From positions 64,001 to 128,000 of the forward strand of contig CAVPOM010000013.1 of NCBI GenBank assembly GCA_963707025.1: 64,000 bases of DNA, written 5' to 3'. The translations under genes and the position numbers were made by a program. The notes under the pieces were generated by a model. It did not search any database. It had not been told where the DNA came from and was given only the letters and a program-made list of their open reading frames with translations. Shown here one piece after another: positions 42,869 through 54,633 of this stretch. The stretch comes from an uncultured Verrucomicrobiae bacterium. GTDB lineage: Bacteria > Verrucomicrobiota > Verrucomicrobiia > Limisphaerales > Palsa-1400. Each line of letters starts with the position of its first letter. Position 1 is the stretch's first letter.

Positions 42869-43243
42869 ATGAGTCATCTCGACAGACCCATCCTGTTTTT
42901 GGCGACTGTGAATGCCGCGCGATCACGAGACTTTTATCAGCGCGTGCTTGGTTTGGATTTTGTGGCGGAGGAGCCACCGGCTTTGGTGTTTCAGGTCGGC
43001 CATTCGATGCTGCGCATTCAGAAGGTTGATCACGTTCAGCCTGCTCCATACACAGCTATGGGATGGTCAGTTTCTGATATTCGCCGGACAGTGCAGCATT
43101 TGCGCGGAGCGGGAGTTGTCTTTCAGCGTTATGAAGGCATGAATCAAGACGACGATGGTATATGGCATGCTCCCAGCGGCGCGTTAGTGGCTTGGTTTCG
43201 CGACCCGGATGGCCATGTGCTCTCACTGACGCAATTCAAATGA
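42869..43243 (+). CDS. VOC/glyoxalase family protein
   Basis: SRDFYQRVLGL and AWFRDPDGHVLSL motifs. Confidence 0.88.
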   Translation: MSHLDRPILFLATVNAARSRDFYQRVLGLDFVAEEPPALVFQVGHSMLRIQKVDHVQPAPYTAMGWSVSDIRRTVQHLRGAGVVFQRYEGMNQDDDGIWHAPSGALVAWFRDPDGHVLSLTQFK

Positions 43244-43290
43244 CGAGGTCGCCTAACAACTCGCCGGAGCCAACGCCGGTTGTACCAGCG

Positions 43291-43390
43291 CAAAAGGGGT
43301 CCACCCATAATTTGGTGCTAATTGATGGATGTTCGTCTTGAAAGAACCACGTAAAAACAAACCAAACCATGGGTTGACGCCCTTTCTTTT
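43291..43390. repeat. Palindromic element of about 95 bp, copy 2
   Basis: ACCCATAATTTGGT...ACCAAACCATGGGT; direct repeat of 42704-42800. Confidence 0.8.
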
Positions 43391-43393
43391 TCC

Positions 43394-44014
43394 TCAACGC
43401 TTGGCGAAGGCGCCCGCCAATTGTCCGACCAAACCGGCAAACGGCATATCCAGCGCGCCATAAACAGGGCCGGCCTTTGCACTGGCGTTGTCCTTCAGCA
43501 TTTCCACGGCGACGGTGCAATAATCAATGACGATGACGCCTGCTTGAACCATGCGCAGCAAGCCAGTGATGCGCTTGGTTTCGCTGAAGGTGCCGGATGC
43601 GTCTATCACGCCATAGGCATCGTAGCCCATCCCAGTCGCATGAATGGCGGGCAAGGCCAGACAGACTTCCGTCGAAACGCCAGCGATAATGAGCTTCTTC
43701 CGCCCGGTCGCCGCCACGGCTTTGGCAAACCGGGGTTCGTCGAACGCGTTGACCGTGGTTCGATTTATGATTGAAATTCCGGGCAACGCTTCCGTCAACT
43801 CCGGGATGACAGGCCCCCACATCTCCGGGGAAGTAGCCGTCACAATAATCGGCACGCCCAAAACCTGGCCGGCTTTTGCCAGCGCGACGACGTTATGTTT
43901 CAATTCCGCCACCGCGATGTCTCTAACACCAGTGAACAGCCCAACTTGATGGTCAATGAGAAGCAGCGCGGCATTTTCCGGCGTAAGCCGCTCCGCATAT
44001 CGTTTGTCTTCCAT
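43394..44014 (-). CDS. Isochorismatase family hydrolase (YcaC-like)
   Basis: LLIDHQVGL, RTTVNAF, AGVSTEVC and DASGT motifs. Confidence 0.9.
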   Translation of the reverse strand: MEDKRYAERLTPENAALLLIDHQVGLFTGVRDIAVAELKHNVVALAKAGQVLGVPIIVTATSPEMWGPVIPELTEALPGISIINRTTVNAFDEPRFAKAVAATGRKKLIIAGVSTEVCLALPAIHATGMGYDAYGVIDASGTFSETKRITGLLRMVQAGVIVIDYCTVAVEMLKDNASAKAGPVYGALDMPFAGLVGQLAGAFAKR

Positions 44015-44216
44015 AGATTTTGTCCTTTCGTTTATTATTCGAGATGCCGTTGACACCGTGCATCGCTCCCACACTATCCGCCGGGCGGATGCGGCGGAAA
44101 TACTTTGTTGCTTGGCTCACCATGCCACTTGGGTATGCTGGCGATTAAGCCGGACTGACCCGTTTGGCTCGGCACCGTGGCGAACCTGCTGCACGAGGCG
44201 CGAAGAAAAGCATAAT

Positions 44217-44337
44217 GAGACTTCTGCAAAACGCCTGTAGCGGCGGTCTAGGACCGTCGCCATGGCGTTATTTCCCCTGGTTTGCGGCGGTCATAGACCG
44301 CCGCTACAATCGTGGACGCGCGTTTTGCAGAGGTCTC
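44217..44337. mobile_element. MITE with 16-bp terminal IRs and 5-bp flanking direct repeat
   Basis: GAGACTTCTGCAAAAC...GTTTTGCAGAGGTCTC with ATAAT on both sides; internal TGTAGCGGCGGTCTA / TAGACCGCCGCTACA palindrome. Confidence 0.75.
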
Positions 44338-44348
44338 ATAATATGCGA

Positions 44349-45533
44349 TTATGCGGGACTGACCCCGTTTGGCTGGACCTGGCCGTTGACCGATTTGCGG
44401 CGCAGACGCAGGCGCCAACTGGTCAGGACGTTGTAGGAGATGGTGTTTTTCAGCCGGGCAAGGTCATGCACGCTGATTTCCTCGCCGCCCTGGCGGCCCA
44501 TGATGACCGCTTCATCCCACATTCGCGCCCCGGCAATGCCGGTGATGTCAACAGTAATGGCGTCCATGGCCACGCCGCCCACCAGCGGGGCGCGCCGCCC
44601 GCGAATGAGCGCGCCGCCCGCGTTGGGCACGCGCGGGAAGCCGTCGCCGTAACCGATGGGCAGCACGGCCAGGCGGCGCGGCGCAGGGGCGGTGTAGCGC
44701 ATGCCGTAGCCCGCCACTTCGCCGGGCTTGAGATGCTGGATGGCGGCGATGCGGGCCTTGACGGACATGACCGGCTGGATGCCGGCAAGGCGCCGGCAAA
44801 CCGACGAGGGAAACACGCCGTAGATCAGGATGCCCACGCGCACCATGTCGCGATGGGCGCGGGGCAAATCCAGGAAGCCGCCGCTGTTGCAAAGGTGCTG
44901 GCAGGGCGCGCGGCCGCCGGCGCGCCGCCAGGCGCCCATCACTTCGTCGAAGCGCGCGATTTGCAGGAGGGCGAAGCTTTTGTCCGCCTCGTCGGATTGG
45001 GCGAAGTGGGTCATGGCGCCGTCCAGCCGCAACGATTTTTGCGAGTCAATCAATTCCAACAAGGGCAGGGCCTGGTCCCAGCGCACGCCGTAGCGGCTCA
45101 TGCCGGTGTGGATTTTGAGGTGGACCGGGACGCGCTTGCCGGCGGCGGCGGCGGCGCGGGCCAGTTGGCGGACGGTGTGGGCCTGGTTGACACACACCGT
45201 CAGGTCATGCTCGACGCACCAGGGCAATTCCGGTTCCTGCCGTTCGCCCAGGAGCAACAAAGGCGCGGTGATGCCGGCGTCGCGCAAGGTCATGGCCTCT
45301 TCCAGGGTGCTCAAGCCGAAACCCGACGCGCCTTCTTGCAGGGCGATTTGCGCCACCTCCAGGGCGCCGTGCCCGTAGGCTTCGTCCTTGACGACGGCGA
45401 GCAATTTGACGGCGGCGGGCAGGTCGCGGCGGATGAGGCGCAGGTTGTGGCGCAGGCGGGCCAGGTCAATCTCGACCCACGCCGGCCGCAACGGGAACCC
45501 TGCGCGATGAAGGTTCGTCCCGGTCACTCTCAA
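44349..45533 (-). CDS. alr: Alanine racemase
   Basis: AVVKDEAYGHG, HLKIHTGMSRYG, THFA, VRVG and IGYGDG motifs. Confidence 0.95.
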   Translation of the reverse strand: MRVTGTNLHRAGFPLRPAWVEIDLARLRHNLRLIRRDLPAAVKLLAVVKDEAYGHGALEVAQIALQEGASGFGLSTLEEAMTLRDAGITAPLLLLGERQEPELPWCVEHDLTVCVNQAHTVRQLARAAAAAGKRVPVHLKIHTGMSRYGVRWDQALPLLELIDSQKSLRLDGAMTHFAQSDEADKSFALLQIARFDEVMGAWRRAGGRAPCQHLCNSGGFLDLPRAHRDMVRVGILIYGVFPSSVCRRLAGIQPVMSVKARIAAIQHLKPGEVAGYGMRYTAPAPRRLAVLPIGYGDGFPRVPNAGGALIRGRRAPLVGGVAMDAITVDITGIAGARMWDEAVIMGRQGGEEISVHDLARLKNTISYNVLTSWRLRLRRKSVNGQVQPNGVSPA

Positions 45534-46735
45534 TGGGGAATGACGGTCGGGGCGATAAAATAAAGCAGGCCGGCCTGGAGTTTGGGCAGATCCAATCCCA
45601 GGTCCACTTTGAGGGCGGGGGCCTCGCTTTTGCCCAGGACATGGGAGAGCAAGGCGCCGATGAGATCCAGAGGCGGACGATACTGGATCAGGTTGGCGCT
45701 CTCAATGCGGGCCAGGATTTTGGCGCGCTTGACGGCGGTATCGAAATTGCCCAGTTCGTCCACGAAACCGTATCGCAGCGCGCTTTTGCCGGAGAGGATG
45801 CGGCCATCGGCGTAATTGGTCCAGTCGGCCGCCAGGGTTTTGCCTTCGCCGGGGCCGTTTTGCTTGGCGGCCCAGTCGCGCCCGGATTTGACGACCTCCT
45901 TGAATCTATTGAAGGTTTCATCAATGAGGGATTGCACCATCTGCTCCTCCTCGGCGCGGTCTTTGATTTCCTGCGGGGTGAGCTTTTCCGCGTCGGGCTC
46001 CTTCTCGCCGCTGAGCATGTCCTTGAAGCGGCCGCTTTTGATGACCTGGGGGCGCACGCCGATCTTGTCAAAGAGGAGGCGATAATTGTAGTTGTGCATG
46101 ATGACGCCGATGCTGCCGGTGATGGTGAGTTCGTTGGCCACAATCCAGCGGCAGGGGGCGGAGATGTAGTAACCGCCGCTGGCCGCCAGGGAGCCCATGG
46201 AAACGACCACCGGTTTTGCCGATTTGTCCTGGAACTTTCTGATGATATTATGGATCTCATCCGACGCCATCACTTCCCCGCCGGGAGAATTGACTTTGAG
46301 GAGGACGGCCTTGACGTCGGGGTCCCTTTCCGCCAGCTTGAATTGCTCCTTGATGTAGCTCACCAAGTCGGTGTCGGAGTGGAAGATTTCGCCGCCGGTG
46401 ATGATGCCGGTGACCTCGACCACGGCGATTTTGTTGTCCGTGTTGGTATGTTCGAGAACGACCTCCTCCAGGTTCTGGACCAGGTCGGCGCCGGCGCGGG
46501 CATGCGAGGCCGCGCCGACCACGCCCTGGATCAGGACGTGGCCCAGGCCCCAAAGCACGATCAATCCCATCAAAATGAACGACAAAATCTTCCAACCGGA
46601 GCCGCCTTTGGGGGGCTGGGCCGGCGGCAGGGTTAATCTGACGGGGGTGGCAATGACTGGGGGCGCGGCCGGTCGCGGCGGCGGCGGGCTTGGGCGGTAA
46701 CTTTCCGGCCCCGGCGATGGTGTGTGCTCGTCCAT
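45530..46735 (-). CDS. sppA: Signal peptide peptidase SppA (S49)
   Basis: VNSPGGEV, SMGSLAASGGYY, TGSIGV and KSGRFKD motifs. Confidence 0.93.
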   Translation of the reverse strand: MDEHTPSPGPESYRPSPPPPRPAAPPVIATPVRLTLPPAQPPKGGSGWKILSFILMGLIVLWGLGHVLIQGVVGAASHARAGADLVQNLEEVVLEHTNTDNKIAVVEVTGIITGGEIFHSDTDLVSYIKEQFKLAERDPDVKAVLLKVNSPGGEVMASDEIHNIIRKFQDKSAKPVVVSMGSLAASGGYYISAPCRWIVANELTITGSIGVIMHNYNYRLLFDKIGVRPQVIKSGRFKDMLSGEKEPDAEKLTPQEIKDRAEEEQMVQSLIDETFNRFKEVVKSGRDWAAKQNGPGEGKTLAADWTNYADGRILSGKSALRYGFVDELGNFDTAVKRAKILARIESANLIQYRPPLDLIGALLSHVLGKSEAPALKVDLGLDLPKLQAGLLYFIAPTVIPH

Positions 46736-46800
46736 AACGCGCGCAACCTAGTCCATCAGGCCGTGGCGGGCAAGATTGGATTTGCAAGGCGAAGCAGTGC

Positions 46801-47997
46801 CTACATTTCCTTGTTGAAAATCAAAATGTGGCCGTTCCGGGGAAATTGCAGCGTGCCATCGTCGGCGGGTGTGACGGTCACGGTGTCGGGCTTGTTGCCG
46901 GGAAGGGTTACCCCGCAGGTATTGCCGGTTTTCTGCCAGGTTCCCTGGCCCACCGGGGTGGGCAGGGCGCTGTTGGGATTTTGCTTTCGCAAAATGATCT
47001 GATGGTCGGGGGTGGCCGTCAGGGAGCAACCCGTGATAAGAGGGACCAAGGTGGTATGGAGCGCGGTGATCTGGACGCGCGTCAAGTCCGGATGGCGCCG
47101 GCGCTCTTCGGCCAGGGTGACGGGAACATCAATGTTCCAAATGCCCAGAATTTTCTCGCTGTCGAATTTGGGCGATTTGCCGGTGTTGAGGAACTCCTGC
47201 AAATCGGCCAGGTTCCCGCCCAGCAGGCCGTGAATCTGTGCGGGGACGGCGGGGTTGGTGACGATGGCCTGGATTTTGGGGTAGTTGAGGAGGTCGCGGA
47301 CTTTGGCCTGGGTCTGGATCATCTGTTGCAGAGTGACGTCGGCGGCGATGTCCTGGATGTCCTTCTGCTGGCTGAGGGTCAGGAGGGCGGGATAATGGGC
47401 CAGGCGGCTTTCCAGCAGGGGGTTGTGCAGCACCAGGTCAATGATGTCGGCGGCCTGGTAGATGGCCGGCGGGATGGGGTCGTGGGCGGCCAGGACGCGA
47501 TCCAGGCGGGTCTCATGCAATTGGGCGCGCAGGGTGGTGAGCAGGCGCAGGCCGGCGGGAGCGTCGGGGTCCAGGGCCTCGGTGGTGAAGTAGCCGACGA
47601 CGTAAACGGGCATCATCAGGAGGAAGAAATAAACGGCGCCATTGATCAGGCCGACGCAGAAGCCCAGGCGGTTGTAAAGCCGTTCCCAGCGGAAGAACAG
47701 GTGTTCGTCCTTTTGATATTTGAAATGGATGGTTATTTTCTGATGGAGAACGTTGCCCACGATCTTGAAAATGGCGAGGACCGCCAGGAAGGCGATGGCG
47801 ATGGGCACGAAGAATTGCCAGAGCGGGTGATGCAGACCCAGGAAGGGCAGGAGGTGGCCGGCCAGGGGAGCAAGCGGCCGGGACAGGAAGGTGGCAAACA
47901 ACAGACCGAGCAAGGAAAAGGCCGCGCAGATCGGGCCGCGATAATAACCGGCCAGCCCGACCACCCCCATGCAGAGCAGAGCAATGATCCAAACCAT
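46801..47997 (-). CDS. CvpA family membrane protein with C-terminal extension
   Basis: Four N-terminal TM segments; GYYRG and NRLGFCVGLING motifs. Confidence 0.7.
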   Translation of the reverse strand: MVWIIALLCMGVVGLAGYYRGPICAAFSLLGLLFATFLSRPLAPLAGHLLPFLGLHHPLWQFFVPIAIAFLAVLAIFKIVGNVLHQKITIHFKYQKDEHLFFRWERLYNRLGFCVGLINGAVYFFLLMMPVYVVGYFTTEALDPDAPAGLRLLTTLRAQLHETRLDRVLAAHDPIPPAIYQAADIIDLVLHNPLLESRLAHYPALLTLSQQKDIQDIAADVTLQQMIQTQAKVRDLLNYPKIQAIVTNPAVPAQIHGLLGGNLADLQEFLNTGKSPKFDSEKILGIWNIDVPVTLAEERRRHPDLTRVQITALHTTLVPLITGCSLTATPDHQIILRKQNPNSALPTPVGQGTWQKTGNTCGVTLPGNKPDTVTVTPADDGTLQFPRNGHILIFNKEM

Positions 47998-48227
47998 GCC
48001 CCAATCTAGCCCGCCGCCGCCCCGATGGCCAGCATTTAGCGCCCTGGAATGTGGCGCTTGTTTTTCATCCCTGCCCTGTGGCAGGATGTCAACGTCATGC
48101 CGGCCCATTTTTTGAATTGTCTTTGGGGTGGCTGGGCATAAAAACGGCAAACACTATGATGCAAAACCAATCTAAATCAACCCGTTCCCCCTTCCCTTTA
48201 CAAAGCCGCTTTGGCTGCTCTGGCTCG

Positions 48228-50295
48228 ATGAGGCCCGGCCTTCTGATCAGACGGAGTTTGCTTTCAATATATGGCGTGGCTTGGAAATGGTGCCGGATGG
48301 GGATGCTGCTCTTGATGGCGCATACGGTTTCCGCGCAAACGGTCTGGCTGGACGACTTGAACCTGAACGCCGCCTCGCAGGGCTGGGGCCAGCCGCACAA
48401 AAATCAGTCCGTGGACGGCCATCCCTTGACCATCGCCGGAAAAACCTTCGCGCGCGGCTTCGGCACCCACGCCGAAAGCATTCTCAGCGTCAATCTGGAT
48501 GGCGCCGCCTCGAAGTTTTCCGCCTCGGTGGGCGTGGACGATGAAGTAAATGGCAACCCGGCGGCCAGTGTGCAATTCATCGTGATCGGCGACGGCAAGA
48601 CGCTGTGGCAAAGCGGCGTCATGCACGCGCGCGACGCGGCCAAGCAATGCGAGGTCGCTCTGGCCGGCGTCAAATCGCTGGTGCTGGAAGTGGAGAACGG
48701 CGGCGAGGGCATTGACTTCGATCACGCCGATTGGGCGGAGGCGAAATTTGCAACCGACGGCAGCAGGCCGCTGGCCACCGTCGCCGGCTCCCTGCTTCCG
48801 GCCGAGCCTTACGTTCTTACGCCGGCCCCGCCCGCCACCCCGCGCATCAACGGCGCCAATGTCTTTGGCGTGCGGCCCGGCTCGCCGTTTTTATTCACCA
48901 TTCCGGCCACGGGCCAGCGCCCCATGGAATTTCTCGCCCAAAATCTGCCGCCCGGTTTGAAACTGGACGCCGGGACGGGACAAATCACCGGCGCCTTGAA
49001 AAAGCCCGGGCGAATTCATGGTCACCTTGCGCGCGAAAAATGCGCGCGGCGCGGCGGAGAAGAAATTCCGCATCGTCTGCGGCGGCCGGATCGCGCTCAC
49101 GCCGCCGCTGGGCTGGAACAGTTGGAATTGCTTTGCCGGGGAAGTGACGGCGGCGCGGGTCAAAGCGGCGGCGGAGGCCATGGTCAAGAGCGATTTGATC
49201 AACCACGGCTGGACTTACATCAACATTGATGACTTCTGGCAAAATCATCGCGACTCCAAAGACCCGACCTTGCACGGTCCGTTTCGCGACGCCCAGGGCC
49301 AGATCGTGCCCAACCTGCGGTTTCCCGACATGAAAGGGCTGGCCGATTACATTCACAGCCTGGGCTTGAAAGCCGGCTTATACTCCTCGCCCGGGCCGTG
49401 GACCTGCGGCGGTTGCGCGGCCAGTTGGCAGCACGAGGAACAGGATGCGCAGACTTACGCCGGGTGGGGTTTTGATTGTTTGAAATACGACTGGTGTTCT
49501 TACGGCGACATCGCCTCCCGCGGCGGCGCCAATGGGAAGAGTGTTCCGCGCTGGAGCGGCAGCTCCGCCGATGATGAGGGCGCCGTCCATCCTTACCAGG
49601 TCATGGGTGATTTTTTGCGCCAACAAAACCGCGACATTGTTTTCAGCCTTTGCCAATACGGCATGGCCAGGGTGTGGCGCTGGGGCGGCTCGGTGCAGGG
49701 CAACTGCTGGCGCACCACCGGCGACATCGGGGAAAGCTGGGGCAGCATGAGCGGCATCGGTTTCAGCCAGGACAAAGCCGCCCCCTACGCCAAGCCGGGA
49801 AATTGGAATGATCCGGACATGCTGATTGTCGGCCAGGTCGGCTGGGGCAATCCGCATCCGACGCGGCTCCGGCCCGATGAACAATACACCCACATCAGCC
49901 TGTGGTGCCTGCTCTCCGCGCCCCTGCTCATCGGCTGCGACATGGAAAAGCTGGATGACTTCACCCTGAGCCTCCTGAGCAATGACGAGGTGCTGGCGCT
50001 GGATCAGGACGCCCTGGGCAAACAGGCCACCTGCGTGCTGACCAACGACTTTGTCCGCGTCTATGAAAAGGATTTGGAAGATGGCGGACACGCCCTGGGC
50101 TTTTTCAATCTGGGGTTGTTGCCGGCCAGCCTGGATTTCGACCGGCTGGCGCAACTGGGCTTGACCGGCAGGCAACACGTCCGCGATTTATGGCGGCAGA
50201 AAAATTTGCCGGATGCGGACCCGGCCAAAGGGACGTTGCCCATCACGATTCCCGCGCACGGCGTCATGCTTTACAAGCTGACGGCGGCGAGGTAG
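48228..50295 (+). CDS. GH27 alpha-galactosidase with NPCBM and Ig-like domains (frameshift near 49008)
   Basis: GFGTHA..VGVDD..DHADW (NPCBM); TPPLGWNSWN, INIDDFW, LKYDWC, WRTTGDI and WNDPDML; start uncertain. Confidence 0.88.
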
Positions 50296-50503
50296 CCGGG
50301 CAGTGCGGGAGAAAATTATTTGAGTTGTTTGCAGTTCCGGTGTAGGGCGGGGTCCGGAACTTCCCGCTTTACAAACCGGCTTTTACTTGATAGACTAATT
50401 CCTGAATTTCAGCGCAGTCGCAGGCCTGAGAACGATTCCGCCTTTGCAGCCCTCAAACCGCCGGGGGCGGCCCGGCCCCGCGACGCGATGCGATCCATCG
50501 GAT

Positions 50504-51064
50504 ATGAACGAGGTCACACGGCTGCTCGGGGCCATTGAGCAAGGCGACCCCAGGGCCGCCGGGGAATTATTGCCGCTGGTCTATGAGGAACTGCGCCGGC
50601 TGGCCACGCAGAAGATGGCGCACGAGGCCGCCGGCCAAACGCTGCAACCCACCGCCCTGGTCCACGAGGCCTGGCTGCGGCTGGCCGGCTCGCAGGCTCA
50701 GCAATGGAACAGCCGGGGACACTTCTTCGCCGCCGCCGCCGAGGCCATGCGCCGCATTCTCATTGACAATGCCCGCCGCAAGCACCGCCTCCGGCACGGC
50801 CAGGGACTGGCCCGCGTGGATCTGGACCAGGTGGATGTGGCGATCCACTCGGACGACGACACCCTCCTCCGTGTGGATGAGGCCTTGCAGAAGCTGGCGC
50901 AGGAGGACCCGGTCAAGGCCCAGTTGGTCAAGCTGCGCTTTTTCATCGGCCTGAGCATCGCCGAGGCCGGCCAGGCCCTGGGCTTGTCCGAGTCCACCGC
51001 CAAGCGCTTTTGGGCTTACGCCCGGGCCTGGCTTTATGAGGAACTCAGGGGCGATTCCAAATAA
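50504..51064 (+). CDS. ECF sigma factor, TIGR02999 / kinase-associated type
   Basis: VTRLL..GD..A..LLPLVYEELRRLA, TLQPTALVHEAWLRL and AMRRILID motifs. Confidence 0.92.
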   Translation: MNEVTRLLGAIEQGDPRAAGELLPLVYEELRRLATQKMAHEAAGQTLQPTALVHEAWLRLAGSQAQQWNSRGHFFAAAAEAMRRILIDNARRKHRLRHGQGLARVDLDQVDVAIHSDDDTLLRVDEALQKLAQEDPVKAQLVKLRFFIGLSIAEAGQALGLSESTAKRFWAYARAWLYEELRGDSK

Positions 51065-51134
51065 GCCAAAAAGATTTTATCCCGCTCTGAACCAATTTGG
51101 CTAAAAAAAACGCCACTGCAGGTAGAACGAGATT

Positions 51135-54100
51135 ATGAAAGACGAATCCGCATACCCAAACCCCGGCGAGGCGGAAACCATTTTTAACGCCGCCCTGGCC
51201 TTCAGCGCCGCCGAACGCGCGGCTTACCTGGCCGGGGCTTGCCGGGACAACCTTCCCTTGCGCCAGCGGGTCGAAGCCTTGCTCCGCGCCCACGAAGCGC
51301 CGCCCGGCTTCCTGCCCGAGCAACCCGCCGCTGCGCCCAGACCGACGATGCTCGTCACACCCATTCAGGAAGCGGCCGGAACTGTGATCGGCCGCTACAA
51401 ATTGCTGCAACAGATCGGCGAAGGCGGCTGCGGCGTGGTCTATATGGCCGAACAGCAGGAGCCGGTGCGGCGGCGGGTGGCGCTAAAGGTCATCAAGCTG
51501 GGCATGGACACCAAGCAGGTCATCGCCCGGTTTGAGGCCGAGCGCCAGGCGCTGGCCCTGATGGACCATACCAACATCGCCAAGGTCTTCGACGCCGGAG
51601 CGACTGAAACCGGCCGGCCTTATTTCGTGATGGAATTGGTCAAGGGGATTCCCATCACGCGGTATTGCGACGAGAACAACCTGAGCACGGTGACGCGGCT
51701 GGGCCTGTTCGTGCAAGTCTGCCAGGCCATTCAACATGCTCACCAGAAAGGGATCATTCATCGCGACATCAAGCCTTCCAACATTCTGGTGGCCGACCAC
51801 GACGGGGTGCCGGTGCCCAAGATCATTGATTTTGGCATCGCCAAGGCGACGACCGATCAGGCGCTGACGGACAAGACTTTGTTCACGGCCTTCGAGCAGT
51901 TCATCGGCACGCCGGCCTACATGAGTCCCGAGCAAGCCAGGTTGAGCGGGCTGGACATTGATACGCGCAGCGACATCTATTCGCTGGGAGTGCTGCTGTA
52001 TGAGTTGTTGACGGGCAAGACTCCGTTTGAAGGCAAAAGGTTGCACGAAGCGGGGCTGGACGAAATCCGCCGCATCATCCGGGAAGAGGAGCCGCCGCGG
52101 CCTTCCACCCGGCTGCACACGCTGGACGCGGCGGAGCAGACGACGGTGGCCAAGCACCGCCAATCCGATCCGCCGAAACTGGCGCATCTGATCAGCGGCG
52201 ACCTGGACTGGATCGTAATGAAGTCATTAGAAAAGGACCGGGGGCGGCGCTATGAAACAGCCAATGGTCTGGCCATGGATATTCAAAGACATCTGCACAA
52301 TGAGCCGGTGGTGGCGCGCCCTCCCAGCAACCTTTACCGCTTTCAGAAGATGGCGCGCCGGAACAAGCTGGTTTTCGCCGCAGCCAGCGCCATCGCCCTG
52401 GCCTTGCTCGCCGGGTTGGGCTTCTCCTCTTGGTCGTTCCTGCGCGAACGCGCGGCCCACGCCGGTGAGATCGCCGCACGTCGAACTGCGGAGGAACAGC
52501 GCCAACGCGCCGAAGACAACGCCGCCACCGCCCAAGAACAGCGCAAGCTGGCGGAAACGCGCGAAGCCGAGACGCACCGTTTGTTCTACGTCGCCAACAT
52601 GAATCTAGCCCAACAAGCCTGGGACCAGAACAACCTTGATCGGCTCGCGCAACTGCTGGAAGAGACGCAAGCGTTTTCAGACCGTGGTTTTGAATGGTAC
52701 TACTGGCAGAGGCAAACTCACCGCTCCTTGAAGACGTTCCGAGGAGACCAACAGGGGAGCCTGAAATCTGTGGCTTTTTCCCCGGACGGCCAGCGCATTG
52801 TCACCGGGGGTTTTGGTAACACGGCCAAGGTGTGGGATGTGGCCAGCGGGCGGGTATTGCTCACCCTCGAGGGGCACAAAGGATTCATTTCATCTGTGGC
52901 CTATTCCCCGGACGGCCAGCGGATTGTCACCGGAAGTCAGGATCAGACAGCCAAGGTGTGGGATGCGGCCAGTGGCAAGGAACTGCTCACGCTCAAAGGG
53001 GACACCAATGAGATTCATTCTGTGGCCTTTTCGCCGGACGGCCAGCGGATTGTCACCGGAGCCGGCGATAACACGGCCAAGCTGTGGGACGCGGCCAGCG
53101 GCCGGGAACTGCTCCGGTTGAGCGCAGGGGGATATTACGCGGCGGCGGCCTTTTCGCCGGACGGCCAGCGGATCGTCACCGGAGCCGGGATAACACGGCC
53201 AAGGTGTGGGATGTGGCCAGCGGCCGGGAACTGCTCACCCTCAAGGGGCACTACGCTAATGTTATTTCCGTGGCCTTTTCCCCGGACGGCCAGCGGATTG
53301 TCACCGGCGGCATGGATCAAACGGCCAAGGTGTGGGATGCGGCCAGCGGCCGGCAACTGCTCACCCTTAAAGGGCACAGCAGTAATATTAATTCTGTGGC
53401 CTTCTCGCCGGATAGCCAGCGGATTGTCACCGGCAGCATGGATCGCACGGCCAAGGTCTGGGAGGCGGCCAGTGGCCGGGAATTGCTTACCTTCAAGGAG
53501 CATGGCAATCTAATTTCCTCCGTGGCCTTTTCCCCGGATGGCCAGCGGATTGTCAGTGCGAGTTATGATAGTACAGCCAAGCTATGGGATGCGGCCATGA
53601 ACCCGGAACCGCTCACGCTCAGAGGGCACGGCGGGGCGATTTATGCTGTGGCCTTTTCCCCTGATAGCCAGCGGATTGTCACCGGCAGCGAGGATCACAC
53701 GGCCAAGCTGTGGGATGCGGCCAGTGGCAGGGAACTGCTCACACTGAGGCCTGGCAGCAATCGGGTCACCTGTGTGGCTTTTTCCCCGGATGGCCAGCGG
53801 ATGATCACCGGCAGTCCGGATCGGACAGCCAAGGTGTGGGATGCGGCCAGTGGCAAGGAATTGTTCATCCTCACGGGACACAGCGGTGAGATTCAATCCG
53901 TGGCCTTTTCCCCGAATGGCCAGCGGATTGTCACCGGAGCCTGCGATAACACGGCCAAGCTGTGGGACGCGGGAAGTGGCCGGGAATTGTCCACCCTCAA
54001 GGGGCACACCGGCTATATTACCTCCGTGGCCTTTTCCCCGGACGGTCAGCGGATTGTCACCGGCAGTTGGGATTGGACGGCCAAGATTTGGGATGCGGCC

Positions 54101-54559
54101 ACCGGGCGCGAACTTTTCACGCTCAACGAACAGCTCACACCCCCGCGGTACAAAGGCCTGACGCCGATTGTATCTGTGGCCTTTTCCCCGGATGGCTATC
54201 GGATAGTCACGGCAAATTGGGATAATACGGCCAAGGTGTGGGGTTTGGCCGGTCGCCAGATTCTCCTCACGCTTAAAGGGCATAACGGCGCGGTTTCATC
54301 AGTGGCATTTTCTCCGGATGGCCGGCGGATTGTCACCGGGAGCAATGATCAGACGGCCAAGGTGTGGGATGCAGCCAGTGGCCGGGAACTGCTCACGTTT
54401 GAGGGGCGTAACGGGATGATTGCGTCAGTAGCCTTTTCCCCGGACGGCCAGCGCATTGTCACCGGGAGCCATGATGGGACGGCCAGGGTGTGGGAGGCGG
54501 CGCGACCGGAGCAGGTCGCCCATTGGCAGGCGGAAGAAGCCGAGCCGGTGCAACATTAA
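51135..54559 (+). CDS. Ser/Thr protein kinase with TM segment and WD40 repeats (frameshift near 53187)
   Basis: IGEGGCGVVY, VALK, HRDIKPSN, DFG and GTPAYMSPEQ; about 14 VAFSPDGQRIVTG..D.TAKVWD repeats across two frames. Confidence 0.9.
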
Positions 54560-54633
54560 CCCGTCTTCCAATATGAACCAACCGCCTGAACCAATTTGAC
54601 TCAAAAAAACGCCACTGCAGGTAGAACGAGATT

